Positions 23,774-36,009 of a stretch of DNA of 64,000 nt are shown here, piece after piece (position 1 is the stretch's first letter; every line of letters starts with the position of its first letter). The position numbers and the translations under genes are program-made. Under the pieces are notes generated by a model that saw nothing but the letters and a program-made list of their open reading frames with translations, did not search any database and was not told the DNA's origin. Source of the stretch: Eremomyces bilateralis CBS 781.70 (Eukaryota); assembly GCA_010015585.1 (NCBI GenBank), contig ML975166.1. One strand, 5' to 3'.

Positions 23774-26700
23774 ATGAGCTCGATTCGAGGTCTAAAAGCC
23801 CACTATGGCCACCCAGGTCGCGCTGTGTATGACTTAGAGTCTGGCAAATGGCGATTCCAGCGGGATTTAACGTCGACGCGCTATGTCCGAATTCTTGAAG
23901 ACCGAACGCCTCAGGACGACCGACCGCGACATGGCGGAGAAGATCTCTCCACGACATTAGCTCCTGAAAAACGTACTTCAAGAGTACAGCATTTCTTGCA
24001 AGCAAATCCAGAGCTCCAGTTTGCACAAAATGTCGTTCCGCGGCTTGAGTCCGTATCTGAGATGATCACGTCTAATACTACCCAAGTCGATCCCAGTCTA
24101 GGCGACCTGGTGGCTTTCGGATATGCCAATCGTGGGGGCAAATATCGGAAGCCACGAATCTTGGTTAGCGCGGATGGACTCAATGGAGACTCAATTCGGA
24201 TCGAGGAGATCCAGGAAGAGCTACGTAGCTGGACGAAAGGATACGCATCCCATCTCCGAATGCCGCGGATCGTTGGACAGAGTGCCTGGTGGGTTGGCGA
24301 CGGCGCCCCTGTTCGCCAAATTTCCTTCTCGGATCCGGAGAACCGAACCGACATTTTTTTTGCGGTGCGATTTTCAGGCTATACGATGTTGTTTCGGCCA
24401 ACGCTACAGGACAACTTCATTGAATCGAATGCGCCCCCTGGACGGCAGTACCCGCCATCCCATATCGATCCATGTCCGTTCATCAAGATCCCAGTGTCAG
24501 CTACCGGCGGTTCATTACATGCCGATGTGGCCTTCAGTCCCTCGGACAAGCGCTGGTTCGCCATCGTTGACCAGAGCCTGAAGTGGACGGTTTATAATAT
24601 CGGGAAAGGCACCGAGTCGGAAGCCCGGCGCTTGAAAGCAACCGTTCATTCTCAAGGGCAGGTTGAGCTTACGGGCACCACAGAACCACCTAGTGGAAAA
24701 GAAGACGGTTGGGCAAGAGTGATGTTCGTTGGCGACGATCGCACATTGCTTGTTTGTAGTCGTCGGAAGGCTTTGCTCTTCAGTGCGAAGCGCGCCGACA
24801 AGGATGTTCCTCCAGTCGCCGTGACTGTCGAGAAAGAAGCCTGGATCATTGATTTCTGCAGACGCCCTGGTCGTCGCGATGAAATATTCATGCTCACAAC
24901 ATCTGGGATATACTGGTACCGTTTTTCGCGACCTCAGGATCAGGATGGGATTGGAGAGATGAGTCTAAGGCTGTGCTGGAAGCATTTCAGCAATGATCAG
25001 GATGTATCATTAAGCCTATCACTTTCCGAAGAAAACAATGGTGGGTACCCGTAACTCTACATAGAGCCGGTTGCTAACAATTGCCAGTCATCCATACCAT
25101 ACTTTTCTCGCGTCTCCATGAGTCTGCAACGTACCTCGACTTCTCGGACAAGGAAGCTTCCGCATCCCCACCGAGAGTGAGTACTCCGGTTACCTTAAGA
25201 GGTCTTTTCCAAGGTTCGGAAGGATCCAACGCGAAGTCTGTTCAAACAATAGTTCTCAGTGTACTCCCTATGCGTCAATTTGTATTAAGGAAGGGCAATG
25301 CTTCGCGCACCTCACAAGACTTGGACCGAGGGCTGCTTTACCAACGACGAGGCGTATTCTTCTTTTCCGTTTTTGTGTTACCCAAGAACCAGACTCGTCG
25401 GCAATATATTGTCAGTGTCAGCAAAGATCCTCTTACTCCTCAGTTGCCTTCCGTCTTGCTGCAAGGCCTGTCCAAGCTGCACAGGAGCTCTGCGTTTGTG
25501 GAGGAAAGAGACACGTTCCTCGACCAGGCCAACTCCGAATTGGACTCGGATGCTTCTGCGGCGTACAAACAAAAGAACAGGTGGCGAATGGCCAGGCGTG
25601 ATTCAAATGACAAATTCCTCCTTTCTCTCGTAAGGATCACACGCGATCTACGGCAGTCCACACGGATGGGGGCTTCAACATTCTTACTCAGAAAAAGGCA
25701 GCCACGGATGGGTATCCAGGATTTCTCCCGGCTGCTAGACCGATATCTTCGCGTGGTGCAACAAGGTTTGAAGAACCGGCTCCAAAATATGTAAGGATTC
25801 GATCCATGGTCATCTGACCTGTGCTAATCCTCCACAGTTCGGAAGTGGCATTTTCCCTCCCGGGAGTGTCGGGGGCTATTCGAGAAGATTCGCGGACTCT
25901 GCAAAGGCTATGGACCAAATACTCGGGGAACAAAGACCATCATCGGCCTAGCTTACGAATCGATAACGATTCGTTCAAACTAATCTTGGACATGCCTCCG
26001 GCAAACGAAAAGATTACCATTTGGAACATATTCCTACTTTTCCTAGCACAGTGGGGCCCGAGAATGCCCCAGTACCATCGTCCGGGGTGTTTAACACGAA
26101 AGGCAGAGATTATATTATCAGCAGCGACCGACATTTTCTTCGCTACCTCGACAATAGTTTCGCGAACAGGGGATGTCGAAGCCCGAACCGATGGATCTTC
26201 GCTGGGCAAGACCCAGAAGCCTACAAAGGGGATGGGAAAGCATCGCGCAAGTGAGAGACTCGAGTCTCAATCCGAGCATGGTCCGGATACTTCAAACACC
26301 ACGGGCCCCATATCAAACAGCTCTGTCTTCGCAGGCGTGGAGAATCTATACGACAGACTCAGTATGCTCAGAGTTGACAGGGCGCGGCAGCGAAAAGTAC
26401 GGCCCAAGGGCAAGTCCAAGTCTCGCCCAGTTGCAGGTGAAGACATGAAATTTGAGCCAGTAGCCGGAGGAAATACGCCGCCGATCGTTATACCCTCTGG
26501 ATTGGAGGACGAAGAAGATAGAAACAGGGAAACAAGGCTAGAAACGGAGGATGAAGAAGCCGCCCGAAACCCTTCCGCTCCAGGTCGCCATGAACATGTC
26601 GAGGAAGATTTCGATGACGCTAAAGAACGAGACGCCTCTGAAAACAATCTCGAGCAGGAAATATTAGGTTACATAGACGCCACTTGGAAGCTAGGCATCG

Positions 26701-27086
26701 ACCCGACCGAGACCGATTGGTCGAGATTGATTCAACGCTACGTTACCATGGACGGCGAAGTCGAAGTGGAGATCGACGCGCGCACGGCAGCGCGACAAGA
26801 GCGTCGCAAACTCCGGGAAGCCATGAAGATGGACCGATCGCAGCGGGAGGACATCGAAGCCGATGCGATTCCCACGGAGCATGCGCGACGGCCCGCAGCT
26901 CCCGGCGCCCGCCCGTCCGCCTTGCACGGATCGCGCAGCTCGCCCGCGCCACGGCCGCCGATGGTGGGGATCAGTAGTCAGGCGGTCTTCGAATCTAGTC
27001 AGGTCGTGGCGAGCCAGATCGTTGGGGGGAGGCATGGGGGGAGGCCGGAGAAGAAGAAGAAGCGGAAGAGGGCGGAAGGGTTCTAG
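23774..27086 (+). CDS. RRN6: RNA polymerase I core factor subunit Rrn6-like
   Basis: N-terminal YGHPGRAVYD, beta-propeller with TGGSLHADVAFSP, C-terminal SQIVGGRHGGR..KKKKRKRAEGF typical of fungal Rrn6; introns 25041-25087, 25791-25837. Confidence 0.72.
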
Positions 27087-27258
27087 GGGTTATATTGGTC
27101 TTGGGATCGGATATAGCTAGTCGGTTCGCCTAATGGGTTGGGGGCTGGATTGGTGAACTAGTGCAATATCTCGCCGCCAGTACGGACTACATGTACCAGT
27201 TCATTGCGCCCATCTGGTTAGAGGTCGGCACGGATCGAGTTCACGGGTAGACCAGCCT

Positions 27259-27360
27259 TATCCGGATAATAATATCCGATCCGCCAAACTTTGTATCCGT
27301 ATCCGATCCGTGAAATACACGGATAGAGAATTTCTATCCGGATAATTATCCGTATCCGCG
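27259..27360. repeat. Left subterminal ATCCG/ATCCGGAT repeat array of the hAT element
   Basis: Multiple (T)ATCCG copies, including palindromic ATCCGGAT. Confidence 0.85.
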
Positions 27361-27432
27361 AATATCATGAGGCTATCTATAAAAAAATCTTAAATTACCC
27401 TACAGCCTCTTAGGGCATCAACATACGGGGAC

Positions 27433-29545
27433 ATATCGCCAATATCTTCGCCAGGTTCCTTTCTAAGCTTCTCCCGGCGAGAGGCTCGGGCCTTACGACT
27501 TAACTATCATGACCTAAACGATGGAACAGACGAGGAGAACTCGGAGTATAACGGTGATGCTCTAGAGTCGCTGGATCTTAGTATCACGGCGTCATCGGTA
27601 TCACAGGATAGTTTGATGTATTCTGCAGATTCCATTTCTAACAATTCTCTAGAACAGCCACTAGGGGGCATGTTGCCTATCAATCGTGGTGGCAGGAACA
27701 GGAAGAAGTATAAGAGCTGGGTCTGGGCCTTCTTTTCAATCGATAACAGATCAAAACTGGTTAGTTGTATAAAGCCAGGATGTCGCTGGTCATCGAACGA
27801 AGGCCTCTTACAGGGCTCTACGAGCAATCTTATCCGCCATTTATCGACAACTCACGGAATCACTCGCGCTCAACAACATACCGCGCTCGTTCTGCCAAAT
27901 TCCCTCGCTAGCTGGGTCTCTTCGACTTCGGCTTTAGATCTGGTAGCGGATTCCTTCGAAGAAGCTCTCCTTAAATGGGTAGTTGTTGATAAGATTGCAT
28001 TCTCTTCCGTAGAGAGTCCAGCCTTCCAAAATATGCTAAGAGCAGTAGCAACATCAAGAGATCCTACAAGCTCTGCGAGAAGCGTAAAGCGAAGTCTTGA
28101 AAGGCAGTTCCTAGAACCCCGAGAAGCCCTTATTACAGAGCTGGCCAGCACATGCAGCACTATCTCGCTATCTATAGACGCTTGGACGAGCACGAACAGC
28201 ATCTCAATAGTAGCGATCATCGGTTCATGGTTAACCCCTACCTTTGAGTTTAAAGAGAGAGTATTGGAGTTTACAGAGATTGAAGGTAAGTCTATTTACT
28301 AAATATCAGTTTATTTAATACTAAGTTCGTTGCAGGGACGCATAGCGGGGAGAATCTTGCAAAGATCCTATATGAGACTCTCTAAGAGCTTCAGATTAGC
28401 AGCAAGCTCCTAGCGGTAACAGCGGACAACGCTTCAAACAACGACGTGATGGTGAGCCAGTTGTATGGCCACTTACTTGCGGAATACGGCATCACCTCAC
28501 CCTCTACCGATCTAACTGATCCTTTATTCTGCGACAACCTCCCCTTTCGGTTTCGCGGCTCTCAGAGCTTCGTTCGCTGCCTCGCTTATATTCTGAATCT
28601 GATTGTCAAGGATATACTGGGGGCTCTCCGCAGTGGGCCTCGCCAAGCGGCTACAGAGTATGTCGACCGACTACGATTCGGACTTAGACTACCGGTAGAA
28701 CACTCAGCAATCGAGAAGATCCGGATCCTATCGTTGTGGATCCAGGGATCTCTACAACGTATTCAGAACTGGAAGCGCTTCTACTCGCTATATGAGCTCC
28801 CGAGTAACCTTATTCGATATGATGTTGCAACACGATGGAACTCGACATTCGAATGATCGACGATGCTATTCGCTCTTAAAAACAGCTGATAGAGTTTGTT
28901 AAAGTTACCCTAGAGATCCAATCCCTAGAAATAACCTCAAACGAATGGACCTGGCTTAGGGACTTGCAAAAAGTTCTAACGAGATTCGATAGCCTTACCT
29001 GTCAAGTGTCGAAGACCCAACCGTAGATCAGCTTCTCCCTTAGTATTTACTACGAGATATCTGACCTCTTACACGACGTAAAAGAAGCGAGGGATTCTTT
29101 TACTGACCTGCCGGATGATATTCGCCATACTATTGTTGAAGGACTCAAAAAATACGACAAGTACTATGCGTTTGCTGATTCAATAAACGCATACTACGCA
29201 GCAGCTCTCCTGGATCCTAGAGTCAAGAACAAGTGGCTCTCTTGCAATCTTACGAGTGACGATGTTCATACGGTTACCTCCCAGATCCGTGGCCATCTAG
29301 AATCAACTTATCGATCAATTGGAGCAGAAAAGGACGCTCAATTAACTCCAGAGCTTAACCCTTTTGCTAACAAGATGCTGCAAATTGTACAGCGGGACGC
29401 CGCTCCCTTATCGGATGTGGACCGATATTTCGACTCTAGAGTTGTACAAGTCGATACGGATCATGATAAACAATGGCTCTTTAAGTGGTTGGCACGACAT
29501 GCTGCAGAATATCCGGATAATCGAAAAGCCTATCCGTATCCGTGA
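27433..29545 (+). pseudogene. Degenerate hAT transposase (BED finger + DDE)
   Basis: KSWVWAFF...C..PGC...STSNLIRHL...H BED finger; SIDAWTS; VTADNASNN; RCLA(Y)ILNL; TRWNST; LLDPRVK; in-frame stops at 28383, 28877, 29024; frameshift ~28851; intron ~28287-28335. Confidence 0.92.
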
Positions 29546-29615
29546 AACAGGCCAAATTTTCTATCCGGATAGACCATATCCGCGGATGATCCGTGATAAT
29601 ATCCGTCTATCCGTG
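29510..29615. repeat. Right subterminal ATCCG/ATCCGGAT repeat array of the hAT element
   Basis: Multiple (T)ATCCG copies, same motif as at the left end. Confidence 0.85.
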
Positions 29616-29887
29616 CCGAGCTCTACATCTGGTCACTGATGCCAACATTGAACATGCAGCTAGGTTGATGGAGAGTATCCGTGCCCTTGGACGCACCCAC
29701 CACCAGACGAATCCACGATAATGTAAAGTGGGAATCTCGGCTTACTCATGTTCTCCTGTGGGGTATGCTCAGAGCTGAAAGGAACCTCTTTAAAAGCCTG
29801 AACTGTGATCTAGAAACTCATTGCAAAACTACCTTTTGCTTCTGAACTTAATATTTTAAAAGTTCTATTTGAAAACATACCGTGACA

Positions 29888-30843
29888 ATGTCGTTCCCGA
29901 AGTTGCAACCTGCAATGACGGTGCTCGTGCGTGGAACCCCACATGATCTTCCGATGAACCCCATGCTTACATTGTCCGACAGGTTCAAATTGCTGCCCCA
30001 ATGGCAGTCGGTATAGTCAACTTATAATGAGTTCGCTTGATAGAGTTGACATTGGGTAGGGAGCGGGTCGAAAGGGACGCCATTGAATGTTATTGTATGT
30101 GCCTGTACCCAAAATGTGCAGGACAGCCACACGGTCTGATGAGCGCTTGAATAGCCCATGACGAGTGGAACGATCAAGAGCGAACCTGGATTCGAGCCAG
30201 CATTGGATGCCGTGCTGTACAGCTACCTGTCTATGGAGTTGAGAGTCGGATGCTTATACAGCTACTTTTAGCGACGGTGTTGGATATGATTACATCCGGA
30301 ATGATGGGTCTGGGGAGCATATGCGTCTCGACGTTCGCTCTCAGGTGAAGTATGCTACCTTCTCATTTCCGAATGTTCCATCCGTAAAAGAACGTCTGCT
30401 GACCCTATGAAGGAATTCAGACGGCACTGTAAGAGACTCTGGAGGTCCGGGACAGTGTGCTCACGACGACTGACTTGACTGTTCTAAATTGCCAGTTGCT
30501 TGCACTATTCTACAAGGGAGCAGTAGCACTTAGCCCAGGGGTGACCGCGATCCTCTCAGGGGCCGCGGATGCGAAAACGACTGGGTTCGGAGACTCATGT
30601 GAGTTGGATGTCCAGACGTCTATGGATACTTCGCTATGCTAACTTGCGATGGAGTTGTCACTATGAAGTTTGAGGTTCGCATCCTGCACTGCATAGAGAT
30701 ATCGAGCTAATCGGATACAGACTGGCTCTCCAGCGTATAAATCCCTTGAAACCATGCTCCTGGTCGCACAGGGTCGGTTCGTGAAGGAGGCGGACGGTGG
30801 GATTACGGTGGAGTACCGAGTCAGCAAGGTCCTAGCTGGTTAA
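29888..30843 (+). CDS. DUF3237 (UPF0311) beta-barrel protein, 9 exons; only one exon visible in the ORF track
   Basis: Spliced MSFPKLQPAMTVL/VQIAAPMAV/GSGSKGTPLNVI/PMTSGTIKSEPGFEPALDAVL/DGVGYDYIRNDGSGEHMRLDVRSQVK/NSDGT/LLALFYKGAV...AKTTGFGDS/FVTMKFE/TGSPAYKSLETMLLVAQGRF...VEYRVSKVLAG*. Confidence 0.8.
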
Positions 30844-31528
30844 GATGGCAGCCGAGAGAATTGAATGGTTGCGGATCTCGTTCCTTTACGGATCTGGAGG
30901 AGTGGATCAAGGATCAACCATTAATCTATTTACTATTATGAAGCGAAGTGATCAAGCAATTGCAGATCCGAAGATCCTCTGGGCGTTGTTTCTTATTTTC
31001 CCACATCCGACGCCCGTTCCGGGGATGACGGTTGACATCATCCCGGTCAGAGAATCCGCCGGTGTGGCTAGTGCAACACAATGTGGCTAGTACTCTGCAT
31101 GGCTCTGTTGATCCATTGGATACGTGTGGCTGACTAAGCGGAATACTTTCACGGTAAAAGTGGGGCATCTACGTAACTGAATCTCCTTCCCCAGCCTCCG
31201 GTCTCCTGTCAACTCAGCTCCTGTTAGCAAATGAGACTGTGAGTGATCAGTGAGTTGATCTCTAACATTCATTTCCTCAGCCTCCGCTTTCCTTTCTCCA
31301 GATTCTTCGAATTCTACCCTCGCGACCATTCGTCATCACAAATAACGGGAGGAGATAAGGGGACTTCTTCCTTTTTCTTCGTCGCGTCGCGTTACCAATC
31401 GTATCGCAAGGAATTGACTCCGTCACCTCGGTGTAACTTCCTCCTTGTGTCGTATCATTCTTATAATCAACCCGTCGCATCATCCACTGCGTTTCCCACA
31501 TTTCCTCCAAATCCCAAAAGAGTATCCA

Positions 31529-33812
31529 ATGGCTACCGATCAGTCAGTCGACCTGGCGATGGATCCAACCGTGGTCAATGGAACGCAGGAGACTGGATTG
31601 GGTCAAGAACCGCAGCTCCCCAGCACCTCGACCGCCCTCGACGTGGTATGCGGCCCATTGCTGAATTACCGGTACATGAGCGACACGACCTCCGATACTC
31701 CGGTCTGGCATGGCTCCATCCTCATCGTTACCGCACCCGGACCACGCGACCCGGAGCTTACCCTACGATGCATCGGTGCAGTCGGTGACTCCACTAGTAC
31801 AGATGGAGAAGCAGACCAATCGGAGCAGTTTCGAGGCGAGAGGCTCTACGAGGACCCTAAGAAAGCGTTCTTTAGGTTCAAGATCAATGTTCTGATCCAG
31901 GCGTATGAAGCTCGCTGGGAATACACGATCCCTGGAATGACCCTTCAAAACGGCAATACCAACCCGCATATGGTGTTCGCCGTGCCGTCCCGCCAGCAAT
32001 CGATGCGGATAATGTTCCACTCATGCAATGGTTTCAGCGTCGGAACCGACATGCCGACGTTCTCCGGTCCAAACGGCGTGCTCTGGAAAGATGTCTTGCG
32101 AATGCACCAAGACCAGCCGTTTCATGTCATGATCGGAGGCGGTGACCAAATATATCAGGATGGTGTTCGTGTGGAAGGCCCGTTGAACATGTGGTCGAAT
32201 ATGGCCAACCCGCATAAACGACGCGAGTATCCCTTTGGCGAACAGATGCGCTTGGAATGTGACGAATACTACTACAACAACTATATTGATTGGTATGGCA
32301 AGGACCCGTTCCGGCACGCGAATGCGCAAATTCCGCAGATCAATATCTGGGATGACCATGATATTATTGATGGATTTGGATCATACACCGACCATTTCAT
32401 GCGCTGTTCCGTTTTCCGTGGCATCGGAGGTGTGGCCCATAAGTACGTTCCCTGATCCCTTGCCAGTTGTGCAATGACTGACAGCCTTAAGGTACTATAT
32501 GCTCTTCCAGCATCACATTGCTCCCCCCAAAAGCACCTTCACCACTGACAGTGCCAAGACCATGCACGGGGAAAAGCCCAGTGATCCGGTGCAGTTAGAG
32601 AATACCTTTGTTTTGGAGGAGACGGGCTCAGACCCATGCTACATCATTGGGCAAAAGCCCGGGCCCTACGTAGAGCAGCGCAGTCGGAATATCTACTGTC
32701 AACTTGGCGCCCGGGTAGCATTTGCTGGGATCGATGCTCGGACGGAACGCACGCGGCATCAGATCAACTACCCCGAAACGTACAAGCAGTTCTTCGACTA
32801 TGTGTCCAACGAGTTGTCGAAGAACAAGGACATTAAGCACTTGATCATGCTTCTTGGGGTTCCGATCGCATACCCACGCCTACAATGGCTCGAAAACATC
32901 ATTTCTTCCCCCATCATCGGCCCCATTCGATTCTTGAACCGACGTTTTGGCTTCGCCGGCGGCCTCTTCAACAAGTTCGACGGACAAGTGGATCTCCTTG
33001 ACGACTTAGACGACCATTACACCGCCCGACACCACAAGGGGGAGCGACGGGACTTGATACACATCCTTCAGAACCTGGCCAAGCAACACAACGTGCGCAT
33101 CACCATGCTCAGCGGGGACGTGCATCTCGCCGCCATTGGCCGCTTCTACTCGAACCCCGGGCTCTCTATCCCCGCCGAGCGCGACTGGCGTTACATGCCG
33201 AACATCATCAGCAGCGCCATCACGAACAAGCCGCCGCCACCGGCCGTCGCGAACCTTCTGGCGCGCCGCAACAAGGTTCACCGCCTGGACCGCGAGACCG
33301 ACGAGACCATGCTCGAGCTCTTCGACCACGACCCCGGGCAGGGCCCCAAAGCGAATGGCGACGGCCCGGATAGCAACGAGGGCAAATGTCTGCCCTTCCG
33401 CAGCGGCAAGGCCAACAACTGCACCATGCCGTCGCGTAACTACGCCATTATTGCCGAGAGCCACGCGCCGGGTGCCGCGGCCCCGCCACCGAACCCCACC
33501 GCCGCCGGCGCCGCGGCCCCGACGGCCGACGGCGAGATCGAGGCCACGGGAGTCCCGAGGCAGAACACTACGAACGGCGGGCAGATCAAGAACCCGCGCC
33601 GGCCGATCCATGCCGGGGAGGCCAGCGCCGGGATGAGCCACCCGGCCGCGAGCGGGTTGGATAAGACGGGGTTGTGCGGACCGTATGGGCTGGACATCAC
33701 GTTGCGGGTGGAGATCGACTCGAAAAACGCGGAGGGTATCACGGATGGATATGGGTTTTCGATTCCGGCGTTGGATGCGACGGAGGTGCCGCTCGAGACG
33801 AAGGTTGGGTAA
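31529..33812 (+). CDS. Fungal PhoD-like metallophosphatase-domain protein
   Basis: VVCGPLLNY, MRIMFHSCNGFS, MIGGGDQIY, IWDDHDIIDGFGSY, LSGDVHLAA; intron ~32444-32491. Confidence 0.85.
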
Positions 33813-34423
33813 GAAGGCGGATGGAATGGAGAGTAATGGAGGAGGTGGGATGGAGGTCTGTACGATAGTTGTACCGGGAGGTCTGGATGTTATACCCACG
33901 GTTCGTATGGTTGGATTCGCTATGGGTACGTCGGAAGCTTTCTTTGCTTCCTGACGTGGGGGTGCGGCGCGTGGCTTTTTATAAGGGGAATCCTACTGCC
34001 GAATGTTTGTAATTGAATCGAAGTTCCGTTTCGATTTTTCATGACTGGTATGAAGAATGGATACTCCGTCGCTGTGATTCATGTCAGACAACATGATTCT
34101 GGGATGCACAGCACGTACCTGTAGGATTGCAGGCCAGTCAATTGTCCCAAAACTGCTCTCTCCGACCATTGAGCCTCCCATGATGCCAGATGTCGCGATG
34201 GTACTGCACTCTAATGGGCCAATCACGCCTGTCCGTTCAAAAGGGTCCAGATGTGGAGTTTCGCTTGACTGGAGCTGATTCCTCGCGAGATAGTGCTGTA
34301 CAGTCGGAATTCAAAGTATAATATATACATAATAATTTCAAGCCACAGTCCGATTTATTCTTGTCTAGTGCGGCGATAGGCGTTACGTTTGATCGATTCG
34401 TGTCTGATCTATCAGCTGTCGCG

Positions 34424-35804
34424 ATGTCGGAAGCAATACTCTCGCAGCGAGGGTCGGCGCTCGCCAAACGCTTTGAAAAGTCCCATCTAGGAGCCGTGCT
34501 GAAGGTCGCGAGAAACCCATACGACGAGGGCAATGAGGATGGCTATATCAACTTTGGAATCTCTGATAATGTATCATCGAGCGTGCCATGACTCTTACTT
34601 CCAGTCACTGACTGGTTCCAGTATGCGATGCAGGGCGAGATGACGAAATATATAAATGAACATGTACGTGACGGTTCCCGGTCGCACTTTACACCGCCTA
34701 ACCGTCTAGATTCATATTGAAAAATTATCCCTCACGTATGGTGAAGCACCCTGGGGACCTCGACGACTCCGCGCGGCGATGGCGAAACATATGACTACGT
34801 ATTTTCAACCGATCGAGCCCATCGACCCAGACGGCATCATCTGCGTCAACGGGGTGACCTCTCTCGTCGAGATGCTCGCCTGGATCCTGGCGGACCCGGG
34901 CGACGGCATCCTCCTGCCGCGCCCCATCTACCAGGCATTTATCGACGACTTCGGACTGAAGGGCGGGTGTCGGCCGGTGCTGGTGGGGTTTCAGGGGCGG
35001 GATCAGTTCGCGCCGGACGCGGCGCGCGCGTATGAGGAGGCGATCGTCGAGGCGAGGGAGAAGGGGGTTGCGGTGAAGGTGTTTATTTTGTGTAATCCGC
35101 ATAATCCGCTCGGACGATGTTACCCGCGCGAGACAGTGATTGAACTCATGAAGGTGTGCGCGAGACATAAGATCCACATCATCTCCGACGAGATCTATGC
35201 GTTATCCAAATATCAGAGTACCGACTCCAACGCGGTTCCCTTCGAATCGGTCCTATCGTGGGATTTCAGTCCCTACATCGACAAAGACTACGTCCACGTC
35301 GCGTATGGCATGAGCAAGGACCTCGCATCCAGCGGGCTTCGGCTGGGCACGCTGTATACGACCAACCGGCCGCTGTTGGCCGCCCTGCAGGGCATCTCGC
35401 GGTTCCACTCCGCTAGCAGCTTGGCCATCACCGCCTCGACGCTCATCCTCGAGGATGAAGCGTACGTCGCGCGGTTCGCCGCGAAGGTGCAGACCACCTT
35501 GTCCGAGTGCGTGAGAATCGCAGCCGAGACGTTCACGCGGGAGGGGATCCCGTTCGCGGACGGGACTAGTGCGGGATTTTTCCTGTGGGTGGACATGCGG
35601 CAGTTTCTGCCCAAGGACGTGGACGGGTGGGAGGGGGAGAAGCAACTCGCGGCGAGGATGGTGGAGAAGAAGGTTTATATGACGCCGGGAGCGCAGTTGA
35701 GTTCAGAGGAACCGGGGTGGTTCCGGATTATATTCTCTCATGAGAGGAAGACATTGGTGGAGGGGTTGAGGAGGGTGATTCTTGCGGTGAGGGCAGGAAC
35801 TTGA
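34424..35804 (+). CDS. PLP-dependent aminotransferase class I/II, ACC-synthase-like
   Basis: GYINFGISDN, DPGDGILLPRPIY, LCNPHNPLGRCY, ISDEIYALS, YGMSKDLASSGLRLG (PLP Lys), PGWFRIIF; two 5' introns. Confidence 0.85.
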
Positions 35805-36009
35805 CAATATCAAGAATGCCTTTAAAGGGGTTGGAGTGTCGACTGAACGCTAAAAAATTAGAGAAGCGCGGGTTACATCCGTGACGTTGCTGATACAATG
35901 GTGCGCCCTATCCTTTCCGCACATCTAAGAACCTATAGACCGGTAGCGCCATGCCGTGGAGCATCCATCACCCTTCTGAAACTAGCCGAAGGACAAGTAG
36001 TAAGTACAA

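Larger units (their letters stand above)
27219..29625 (+). mobile_element. hAT-superfamily DNA transposon (2407 bp), non-autonomous
   Basis: 17-bp TIRs TAGAG(G/C)TCGGCACGGAT at 27219-27235 and 29609-29625 (1 mismatch); perfect 8-bp TSD CATCTGGT at 27211-27218 and 29626-29633; subterminal ATCCG arrays; internal hAT transposase. Confidence 0.95.

Noticed and set aside
27259..29615. ATCCG arrays as a possible CRISPR-like or other repeat system
   Set aside because: Irregular spacing with no spacers, eukaryotic context, and fully explained as hAT subterminal repeats
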